Positions 1 through 6,283 of a stretch of DNA of 40,672 nt are shown here, in pieces; the stretch's first letter is position 1, and each line of letters starts with the position of its first letter. The stretch covers positions 1 to 40,672 of the IMG/VR virus record IMGVR_UViG_3300045988_145984; one strand, given 5' to 3'. The notes beneath the pieces are model-generated. The model saw only the letters and a list, made by a program, of their open reading frames with translations, was not told the DNA's origin and made no database searches. The stretch comes from a virus. The translations under genes and the position numbers were made by a program.

Positions 1-55
1 TGTGCGAATTGTAACATAGAGTGCAAATAAGATAAATGCTTATTTACACTCTATT
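1..55. repeat. Terminal direct repeat, copy 1 (identical to 40618..40672)
   Basis: Bases 1-55 (tgtgcgaattgtaacatagagtgcaaataagataaatgcttatttacactctatt) recur exactly as the last 55 bases. This is typical of a circular contig written with an assembly overlap. Unit length is about 40617 bp. Confidence 0.9.
16..54. promoter_or_regulatory. Imperfect palindrome with 16-bp arms (atagagtgcaaataag / cttatttacactctat) and a 7-bp spacer; candidate operator, terminator stem or abutted transposon-end junction
   Basis: Read directly. 15 of 16 arm positions are complementary and TTTTT follows. It lies between the IS30-type transposase gene and its HTH paralog, and overlaps the predicted -10 element. Confidence 0.5.
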
Positions 56-78
56 TTTGCATAAAAGGAGGGAAAAAC

Positions 79-339
79 GTGAGGCAGTACAAAATTCTGA
101 ACTACGACGACAGGCGGCAGATAGAACGCCTGTATGCTCAGGGCGACAGGATTGAGGACATCAGCTTTTTTCTGCGCGCGAGCCAGACCTGTATACGAAA
201 GGAACTCGCCCGTGGACGAACCGGCAAATTGGATGCTAATCAGCGCCTTGAGTATAGCGCCGAAATCGGGCAGCGTACAACCATGGCCAACGTGCGCCGC
301 CGGGGGAGGCGGCGCACGGCGACGGGTGCAAAAATATGA
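79..339 (+). CDS. Small HTH protein paralogous to the N-terminal DNA-binding region of IS30-family transposases; no DDE domain
   Basis: GTG start after aaggaggg. YKILNYDDRRQIERLYAQGDRIEDISFFLRASQTCIRKELARG aligns with YSHLSWTDRLRIEKMRKEGAKVTEIADALHVHYSTVYRELKRG of the transposase at 39535..40572. Confidence 0.6.
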   Translation: MRQYKILNYDDRRQIERLYAQGDRIEDISFFLRASQTCIRKELARGRTGKLDANQRLEYSAEIGQRTTMANVRRRGRRRTATGAKI

Positions 340-509
340 GACGCTACCGTTGGAACATCAAGACCTTTGCCCGGAACGTAATCGTTCCCCTTCAATTCGT
401 CATCGGCTTTATTTTAGTCCTTTGCGCTCCCGGAATTTCAGACTTCGGACAAGCCGTCATTTTAAGCGGCGTAGGGCTGTTAATGCTGAGCAGCGCAATG
501 GCGTTATAA
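336..509 (+). CDS. Small hydrophobic protein (57 aa, below the ORF-track cutoff)
   Basis: ATGA start/stop overlap with the preceding CDS. My translation is MRRYRWNIKTFARNVIVPLQFVIGFILVLCAPGISDFGQAVILSGVGLLMLSSAMAL, with two hydrophobic segments. Confidence 0.4.
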   Translation: MRRYRWNIKTFARNVIVPLQFVIGFILVLCAPGISDFGQAVILSGVGLLMLSSAMAL

Positions 510-534
510 CAACGAGAAAGGAGGCAATCTACAA

Positions 535-900
535 ATGTTACACATCAAAGAATTCCGCGAGGAGCACGGTATCTATGCAAGCCAGGTCGTAGAGGTAGTA
601 CGCGAGCGGTATCCCGGATACGACAAATATCTCAATTCTAAGGTGGAGAATCCGGAAAAGTATGGCATACGCCTCGTCAGCGACGCCGAGCAGATGTTAG
701 AGAACGCATTTCAGAGGACGCTCTCAGCACCCCGCAGACCAGACCGCCGCCGTCTGCCATCCCGTATTCAGTGCAGGCTGTCAAAGACGGTGTTTAACCA
801 GTTGCAACAGGCGTTCCGCGCCGCTGGCTTTGACACCATGCAGGCCGGCATGCAACATCTAATCATTTTGTATCTTGGAAAGGAGGTGGAGCAAGAGTGA
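535..900 (+). CDS. Hypothetical early protein
   Basis: SD gaaaggagg upstream of the ATG; 121 aa. It has a basic RRPDRRR linker and a possible ribbon-helix-helix-like C-terminus. I recognise no family. Confidence 0.6.
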   Translation: MLHIKEFREEHGIYASQVVEVVRERYPGYDKYLNSKVENPEKYGIRLVSDAEQMLENAFQRTLSAPRRPDRRRLPSRIQCRLSKTVFNQLQQAFRAAGFDTMQAGMQHLIILYLGKEVEQE

Positions 901-1064
901 ACTATAAAACCTGTCCCTATTGCGGCGCAGCACTCGACCCCGGCGAGCGGTGCGACTGCGAACATGAAGGCGGTACCCAGGATGATACCAATAACGACAA
1001 AGAGCAGGAGGTAACACATGGAGCAAATCAACGAAAGTACCAGCATGATAACAGTGCTGCCTGA
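897..1064 (+). CDS. Small Cys-rich (zinc-ribbon-like) protein, 55 aa, below the ORF-track cutoff
   Basis: The GTG overlaps the previous stop (aGTGA), with SD aaggagg about 9 nt upstream. VNYKTCPYCGAALDPGERCDCEH carries CxxC...CxC. The 3' end overlaps the next CDS by 47 nt. Confidence 0.35.
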   Translation: MNYKTCPYCGAALDPGERCDCEHEGGTQDDTNNDKEQEVTHGANQRKYQHDNSAA

Positions 1065-1800
1065 TGACATCGCCAATTACGACGTTGACGCCATTATTGT
1101 CATGGCGGAACGAGCGGACAAGCTCGTCGCAGCCCTCAACAAGATGATGATGGCAGCCATCAAAATTACTACCGCCCACGACTGGGTGATTATCGGCGGC
1201 AAGCCCTATTTGCAGGAGAGCGGCGCAACAAAGGTTGCCAGGCTGTTCGGCATAGGCTGGAAGATTCTCGACGTGCAGCGCGAGCTTGACGACGGGTATC
1301 CGTCCTTCACCTATCGCATGGTTTTCCGAATGGGGGGCACGGAAATAGAGTGCGACGGTTCACGCTCGGGCAGGGACGAATTTTTCACCGGGCAAGCGAC
1401 CCTGCGGGACGGCTCGGCAAACCCCAAACACAAAGGCCCTGACCAGGTAGACGCAAACGACGTCAAAAAAGCCGCGTACACCAACTGCCTGAACAACGGC
1501 ATCAAGCGTCTGCTGCCCGGCCTTCGCAACATCGACATCGAGACCCTCGAAAAGGGCGGCGTGAATACCCAGAAGTTGACCGGCTATACATTCAAGGAAG
1601 GCAGCAGGGGCGGCACTGGCAGAAGCGCAGCGGTTACCGGGCTCACCTGCACCGCTTGCGGGGCGGCTATCACGCAGGCAGAAGCAAGTTATTCTGAAGG
1701 CCGCTTCGGACGTAGGCTGTGCCGTAAGTGCCAGCGGAATCCCCCAGCACCCACACCCGAACCCGAGGATGACTACATTCCTCCTACGGAGGAGCCGTAA
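1018..1800 (+). CDS. Putative single-strand annealing / recombination protein with a C-terminal CxxC...CxxC zinc ribbon
   Basis: Strong SD caggagg; 260 aa. It sits just upstream of a PD-(D/E)XK exonuclease, the usual synaptase-exonuclease pairing. The zinc ribbon is CTACGAA...LCRKC. Family assignment is not verifiable by eye. Confidence 0.45.
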   Translation: MEQINESTSMITVLPDDIANYDVDAIIVMAERADKLVAALNKMMMAAIKITTAHDWVIIGGKPYLQESGATKVARLFGIGWKILDVQRELDDGYPSFTYRMVFRMGGTEIECDGSRSGRDEFFTGQATLRDGSANPKHKGPDQVDANDVKKAAYTNCLNNGIKRLLPGLRNIDIETLEKGGVNTQKLTGYTFKEGSRGGTGRSAAVTGLTCTACGAAITQAEASYSEGRFGRRLCRKCQRNPPAPTPEPEDDYIPPTEEP

Positions 1801-2039
1801 TGACCAGCACAGCGGTTAAGCAGCTCATAACTATCCTGAGGACACTACACGACTGGAACGACAAATACAACAAGGGCGACAAGCTCGTTATGACCATCAA
1901 CGATGACTACGCCAGCGTATATAACGCAGCATCTTGCAAGGTTATTAACGGTGGCAATAAGTCAAAACACGCCCGTGAGCACGGCGTAGATATCATTGTA
2001 TTTGACCGCAACTATGAGGAGGTACGCAATATATGTTAA
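1800..2039 (+). CDS. Hypothetical protein
   Basis: TAATG coupling to the previous CDS, SD ggagg; 79 aa. Confidence 0.55.
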   Translation: MTSTAVKQLITILRTLHDWNDKYNKGDKLVMTINDDYASVYNAASCKVINGGNKSKHAREHGVDIIVFDRNYEEVRNIC

Positions 2040-2962
2040 GCGCACAATCTATTCAAGCAGCCATCCGCAACGAGGTAGAAAACCGTATCAAGGTCTACCC
2101 CTGCAATAATCTCAGAGCATCCAACATAGGCCACCCCTGCGAGAGATATCTCTATCTGCTCATCCGGCACTGGGACGAGCAGGAGCCTCACGACTACGGC
2201 CTCCAGAACATATTCGACCTGGGCAATTCGATAGAGGATTACACCATAAATAAGCTCAAGGCCGCGGGCCTTGAAGTGATCACTCCCACGCAGCGCAGTT
2301 GGAAGGTTGAAAATCCGTTAATCACAGGCCGCGAGGATATCCGCATCAAAGACCCCGAGACGGGCGAGCTGTTCCCGGCAGAAATTAAAGGGCTTTCCCC
2401 GTTTGAATGGGTTAAGCTCAACTGCGTCGAGGATTTCTACGCCTCCAAGAAGCACTATGTGCGAGCCTATCCCTCCCAGCTCCTCGTCTACATGTGGAAG
2501 TTCGAAAAGGAAAAAGGATTTTTTGTCCTGACGAACAAGCTCACCGGCGAGATCAAGATCATCGAGGTGCCCTTTGACTGGGATAGAGCAGACGCAATGC
2601 TCCACAAGGGCGAGCGCGTATACGCCGCGCTGAACGACGCCACCGGCAAGATATTGCCCCCGGCCTGCCCGGACATAACCGTGTGCGAGGAATGCTCCAT
2701 GAAGCATATATGCCCCGCCGACCATTCCCGCATAGAGGCGGAGATAGATGACGGTGAGCTGGAAAGCCTCATACTCCAGAAAGAAGCTCTCGCACCGCAG
2801 TACAAGGCGTATAACGAACTGTCAGATCAGATAAAAGCCTGTGTGGGCGACCGAGAGAAGGTAGTTACTGAAACACATCTTGTGCAGGTCAAGACCATCG
2901 AGAAAAAAGCGTACCAAGTCGCAGCGCGAACCGAGCGCCGCATCAACATATCAAAGCTATAA
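2033..2962 (+). CDS. PD-(D/E)XK, Cas4-like exonuclease
   Basis: N-terminal Cys (GHPCERYLYL), nuclease core GREDIRIKD...PAEIKG, and a C-terminal Cys cluster CPDITVCEECSMKHIC. This matches the Cas4/RecB-type one-plus-three Cys pattern. Confidence 0.7.
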   Translation: MLSAQSIQAAIRNEVENRIKVYPCNNLRASNIGHPCERYLYLLIRHWDEQEPHDYGLQNIFDLGNSIEDYTINKLKAAGLEVITPTQRSWKVENPLITGREDIRIKDPETGELFPAEIKGLSPFEWVKLNCVEDFYASKKHYVRAYPSQLLVYMWKFEKEKGFFVLTNKLTGEIKIIEVPFDWDRADAMLHKGERVYAALNDATGKILPPACPDITVCEECSMKHICPADHSRIEAEIDDGELESLILQKEALAPQYKAYNELSDQIKACVGDREKVVTETHLVQVKTIEKKAYQVAARTERRINISKL

Positions 2963-2976
2963 GGAGGACAGACATC

Positions 2977-3255
2977 ATGTATAGGATTACTATCACTGAC
3001 GACAACGGATTTGAGCAGTGCATTAAAACCGACGGCTTCAGCCTGCTAATCCGGGATTCGGAAAAGGGCGGAGTTGCCTGTATGACAAAACTGACCATTC
3101 ACAGCAACAAGGAGGTAGCCGCCCTTATTACGGCGCTGAAAAAAACAAAACTTACCATCGCAAGGGAAGCGACGGTTCCGGACCATATTTTAAATGAACT
3201 CTGCGGCATGGCAAAGCGCCTGCCCGACACAGAGGTCGAGCATACTGTTGATTAA
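2977..3255 (+). CDS. Hypothetical protein
   Basis: SD aaggagg; 92 aa. Confidence 0.55.
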   Translation: MYRITITDDNGFEQCIKTDGFSLLIRDSEKGGVACMTKLTIHSNKEVAALITALKKTKLTIAREATVPDHILNELCGMAKRLPDTEVEHTVD

Positions 3256-3262
3256 CCTGTTT

Positions 3263-3285
3263 GGGGCGAGGTTATGCTTCGCCCC
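3263..3285 (+). terminator. Hairpin GGGGCGA-N9-TCGCCCC after the early operon
   Basis: Perfect 7-bp GC-rich stem 8 nt after the stop codon. The T tract is weak (ttatg). Confidence 0.4.
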
Positions 3286-3310
3286 TTATGAGCTTTAGTG
3301 AGGTGATAGC

Positions 3311-4174
3311 ATGGCATGGATAGAACTGCACGACACGCTGCCCGACCACAAGAAGGTTTTGGCGGTTGCAACCGCCCTAAAAGCGGACAAAGACCTAATC
3401 GTCGGTAAATTGGTCAGGTTGTGGGTATGGGCGCTCAATAACCGCGAGGATGGGCGATTCAGCGAGCAGGATGTTGCGACCATAGCCGAGATTATGCGAT
3501 TCAAGGGCAAACCGCAGAAACTCATAACTGCGCTGCTCGACGCAAGGCTACTCGATTACGATGGTTGCAACTACATGATCCACGATTGGGACGAGCGCGT
3601 AGGGATGCTGCTCGCCAAGCGTGAGACGTCACGTTCACAGGCCCGTGACAGGCAGCGAAAACGCCGCGAACGGATGCGTGACGCAAGCGTTACTTGTAAC
3701 GCAACTGTCACGCGTGACGAAACCGATTGTCACGCGGCTACCGTACCTAAACCGTACCATACAGATGATGATGACGATGGTGAGGACGATACCGCGCGCG
3801 CGTATGCGGAGGCGGAGCGTGTTGTCGCGGCGTCGTACCGCGCAGCTTTCGGGCGGGACGCAACAGCCGCGGAGGTCGCGGCTATATCCCGCACAGCCGT
3901 CCTTAACAACAAAGTGGCCATCATCGGACACGCGATAGACCTCACCGCTGTTTTCGGCGTAAAGGCCGTTGTAAAGTACGTCAACAGGATAGTCCGGGAC
4001 TGGGTATATTATCACATCGACAGCCCGGACGAGCTGGGCGAATATGACTATCTTCAGGACTGTGCGGCGGGACGATTGGACATCGGGTACATCGACCCGC
4101 AGGAGGCGCTTGAGCGTCTGAAGGCGCACCGTGAGCGCAAGATACAGGAGGAGCATAATGCCCAACAATGCTAA
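3311..4174 (+). CDS. Replication initiator / replisome organizer (DnaD-like C-terminal domain)
   Basis: The N-terminus MAWIELHDTLPDHKKV...LVRLWVWAL resembles phage replisome-organizer N-domains. A basic/acidic linker follows. The C-terminus ...AAEVAAISRTAV...VKYVNRIVRDWVYY is DnaD-like. The gene contains an internal heptamer cluster. Confidence 0.55.
   Translation: MAWIELHDTLPDHKKVLAVATALKADKDLIVGKLVRLWVWALNNREDGRFSEQDVATIAEIMRFKGKPQKLITALLDARLLDYDGCNYMIHDWDERVGMLLAKRETSRSQARDRQRKRRERMRDASVTCNATVTRDETDCHAATVPKPYHTDDDDDGEDDTARAYAEAERVVAASYRAAFGRDATAAEVAAISRTAVLNNKVAIIGHAIDLTAVFGVKAVVKYVNRIVRDWVYYHIDSPDELGEYDYLQDCAAGRLDIGYIDPQEALERLKAHRERKIQEEHNAQQC
3619..3735. repeat. Cluster of (G)CGTGAC / GTCACG(C) heptamers and nested palindromes; candidate replication origin inside the initiator gene
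   Basis: Copies at 3628, 3644, 3676, 3707, 3712 and 3729, plus GCGTTAC/GTAACGC at 3687/3696. These form GCGTGAC-gcaa-GCGTTAC-tt-GTAACGC-aact-GTCACGC and the 12-bp palindrome GTCACGCGTGAC. Confidence 0.45.
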
Positions 4175-4418
4175 CGCACCGCGGATTGTCTGCCCGTACT
4201 ACCAACGGGAGACGCCGACGTCGATAACATGCGAGGGGCTGTCTCCCGACACATCAAATGTCACCAGATTCGGGAGCAGAGGACAAAAACGGAGACACCA
4301 AATACAGTGTTGTGAACGATATTGCTATGCAAAAGTCTGCGCCTATGCTGCGCTGCTCGAAAAATCATACGCATGGGAGGATAGATCATGCAGCACTACG
4401 AAGAGAACGAGCAAATAG
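4158..4418 (+). CDS. Cys-rich hypothetical protein
   Basis: SD ggagg then ATG at 4158. MPNNANAPRIVCPYYQRETPTSITCEG...CCERYCYAKVC. I recognise no family. Confidence 0.5.
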   Translation: MPNNANAPRIVCPYYQRETPTSITCEGLSPDTSNVTRFGSRGQKRRHQIQCCERYCYAKVCAYAALLEKSYAWEDRSCSTTKRTSK

Positions 4419-4771
4419 CCCTGTTTCGGTGGGCCGCCTATGAGCAGGCCGTATATCCCGAGCTTGAGTATATGTTTCACATTCCCAACGGCGGCGTGAG
4501 GAACAAGGCCACGGGCGGGAAGCTCAAAGCGGCGGGAGTTAAGGCCGGTGTGCCGGATATATGCCTACCACTGCCATGCAAGCGATATGCCGGGCTCTAT
4601 ATCGAGCTCAAGGCCGGTAAAAATAAGCCTCAGCCCAACCAACTACGTTGGCTGGATGCACTCAACCGCAACGGCTACCTCGCCGTCGTGTGCTACGGCT
4701 GCGAAGAAGCGATAAAAACCATAGTTGATTACATCAAACTCACCAGGCAGAAAGGAGAACCCCATGAATAA
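4388..4771 (+). CDS. VRR-NUC domain nuclease
   Basis: The motif set IPNGG...GVKAGVPDICLP...LYIELKAGKNKPQPNQLRWLDALNRNGYLAVVCYGCEEA is typical of VRR-NUC. Confidence 0.85.
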   Translation: MQHYEENEQIALFRWAAYEQAVYPELEYMFHIPNGGVRNKATGGKLKAAGVKAGVPDICLPLPCKRYAGLYIELKAGKNKPQPNQLRWLDALNRNGYLAVVCYGCEEAIKTIVDYIKLTRQKGEPHE

Positions 4772-5468
4772 TTATCTATGCATCAACAGCAGAAAAACCG
4801 AACTGACCGAGCAGCAGCTCCGCGAGCTGGGCATAGCTCAGGCGGATGAATACATACCGGAAAATGAGATAGCGCAAATGTCCCGCATAGCCCTCTCGGG
4901 CAAGGCCGAGGAGTACTACAAGGTTCACGACACCATCACCGTGGGCGGAACTGTGTTTGAAATCATAGGCATAGGCCACGACACGGACACGATAACCAAT
5001 AAAAAAAATACCATCACACTCCGCAGCACTTTTACCGACATCCGAGCCGCAATGCATAAAGGCAGTTGTCCCGGCGGTTATAAGGACGCCTCGCTCAATG
5101 CCAGGCTGAACACACCCGAGGAATGGTTGCCTGCGGAAGTGCTCCCCTTTTTACGCACCGTCACAAAGAAATGCTCTAATTCCGACGGCGAGGATTACGA
5201 GCTGCCCTGCCGCCTGTTTTTATTCTCGGAAGCTGAGGTGTTTGGAAGCGCGATTTACTCTCCTATTGAGGAAGGTGAGCGATATAAGGGATTTGCCACA
5301 GCGAAAGACCGATATGTTTACGATGCGGACGGAAATAGAGCGGCCTGGTGGCTTCGCTCGCCTTATTCCAGCATCGGCGGCGACTTCTGTGCTGTGAACT
5401 CTTCAGGTGCAGCCTACTACTACTACGCCAGCTACTCCTGCGGCGTCGCCTTCGGATTCTGTTTTTAA
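4764..5468 (+). CDS. DGR variable protein 1 (remote target); C-terminal WWLRSP...FCAV...GVAFGFC variable domain
   Basis: SD aaaggaga then ATG at 4764. The C-terminal 41 codons match the TR at 34599..34720 except at TR adenines. It is homologous to the 33008..34111 protein beyond the VR (LFLFSEAEVFGS vs LFLFAEKEIFGS). Confidence 0.85.
   Translation: MNNYLCINSRKTELTEQQLRELGIAQADEYIPENEIAQMSRIALSGKAEEYYKVHDTITVGGTVFEIIGIGHDTDTITNKKNTITLRSTFTDIRAAMHKGSCPGGYKDASLNARLNTPEEWLPAEVLPFLRTVTKKCSNSDGEDYELPCRLFLFSEAEVFGSAIYSPIEEGERYKGFATAKDRYVYDADGNRAAWWLRSPYSSIGGDFCAVNSSGAAYYYYASYSCGVAFGFCF
5340..5461 (+). repeat. DGR variable repeat VR1
   Basis: Aligns to TR 34599..34720 with 16 substitutions, all at TR adenines. 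Most are in AAC/AAT codons. Confidence 0.9.
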
Positions 5469-5582
5469 CCCATACGCATGAATTGCAAAAATCTTCCTCC
5501 AAGGGGGAGACTTCAAGACTTCCCATGGTGTAACCTTACATTAAGCGCCTGCTCATGCGCTTCATGTGCCTCCTTTGTTATA

Positions 5583-5612
5583 GGAACAGCCCGGTATTTG
5601 CCGGGCTGTTCC
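5583..5612 (+). terminator. Hairpin GGAACAGCCCGG-tatttg-CCGGGCTGTTCC
   Basis: Perfect 12-bp stem followed by gctttatctt. It separates the early module from the packaging operon. Confidence 0.6.
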
Positions 5613-5620
5613 GCTTTATC

Positions 5621-5655
5621 TTGGTACAAAAACGGGGAGAAATCCAACCTGTTAC
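5621..5655 (+). promoter_or_regulatory. Conserved motif copy A: TTGGTACAAAAACGGGGAGAAAT ... CCTGTTAC upstream of terS
   Basis: Near-identical block at 31160..31201. Both copies lie just after a terminator and 25-31 nt upstream of a GTG-initiated first gene. Confidence 0.5.
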
Positions 5656-5686
5656 ACGAGTACAGTTGTTACACGGAGGATGTAAC

Positions 5687-6283
5687 GTGTCTAAACCGGA
5701 CTGGAATAGTATTAAGAGCGAGTACATCACCACGAACATATCGTACAGGTCACTGGCGGAAAAGCGTGGTGTTTCCTGGCGTACCCTGGCCGAGCGTGCA
5801 AGACGCGAGGGGTGGCCTGAAGAGCGCACAAGGTATTGTAACACTGTTGTTGTTAAGACCGTACAAAAGACCGCTACAAAGATGTCCACCGCGAACGCGC
5901 GTAAATTAGACCGGTTGCAACAAGCCGCCGACAGCATGAGCGAGGTAATTGCAGAGATATTCAGTGATACAGACCAGTTTCACAGGCATATCATACAGAC
6001 CCGCGACGGTGATACGTGGGACGCAGACTGCCGCACCATGGACAAAGTTGATACAAAGGCAATCAGAGACCTCACCGGCGCACTGAAGGATTTGTCGTTC
6101 GTCATGCGTAGCGTGTACGACCTGCCCACCGTGCAGGAGCGCAACGCTATGGATATAGCCGCCGAGCGATTGAAGCTCGACCAATCTAAGGCGGCGGCAG
6201 CAGCCGCAGAGGATGGCAGCGACAGCGATACCGGCGTTGTCGAGCTGGCCCCGGTATTGGAGGATGACGATGCACAAACGTAA
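5687..6283 (+). CDS. terS: Terminase small subunit
   Basis: GTG start with SD ggagga 6 nt upstream. HTH segment ISYRSLAEKRGVSWRTLAERARREGW, acidic C-terminus, overlaps terL. The longer ORF-track start at 5555 would span the terminator. Confidence 0.7.
   Translation: MSKPDWNSIKSEYITTNISYRSLAEKRGVSWRTLAERARREGWPEERTRYCNTVVVKTVQKTATKMSTANARKLDRLQQAADSMSEVIAEIFSDTDQFHRHIIQTRDGDTWDADCRTMDKVDTKAIRDLTGALKDLSFVMRSVYDLPTVQERNAMDIAAERLKLDQSKAAAAAAEDGSDSDTGVVELAPVLEDDDAQT

Noticed and set aside
134-592. 152-aa alternative-frame ORF overlapping the HTH gene and the intergenic region.
   Set aside because: Arg/Ala/Ser-rich nonsense-like sequence with no SD. The overlapping frames contain better-supported genes (79..339, 336..509, 535..900).
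3621-4205. Several overlapping ORFs on both strands within the replication initiator gene (3621..3938 +, 3635..4168 -, 3730..3984 -, 3981..4205 -).
   Set aside because: They have no start signals and a biased composition. The main frame has recognisable N- and C-terminal domains.
5478-5686. Upstream extensions of the terS frame (ORFs starting at 5478 or 5555).
   Set aside because: They would run through a perfect 12-bp terminator hairpin and the conserved leader motif. A GTG with a proper SD at 5687 begins the recognisable TerS sequence.
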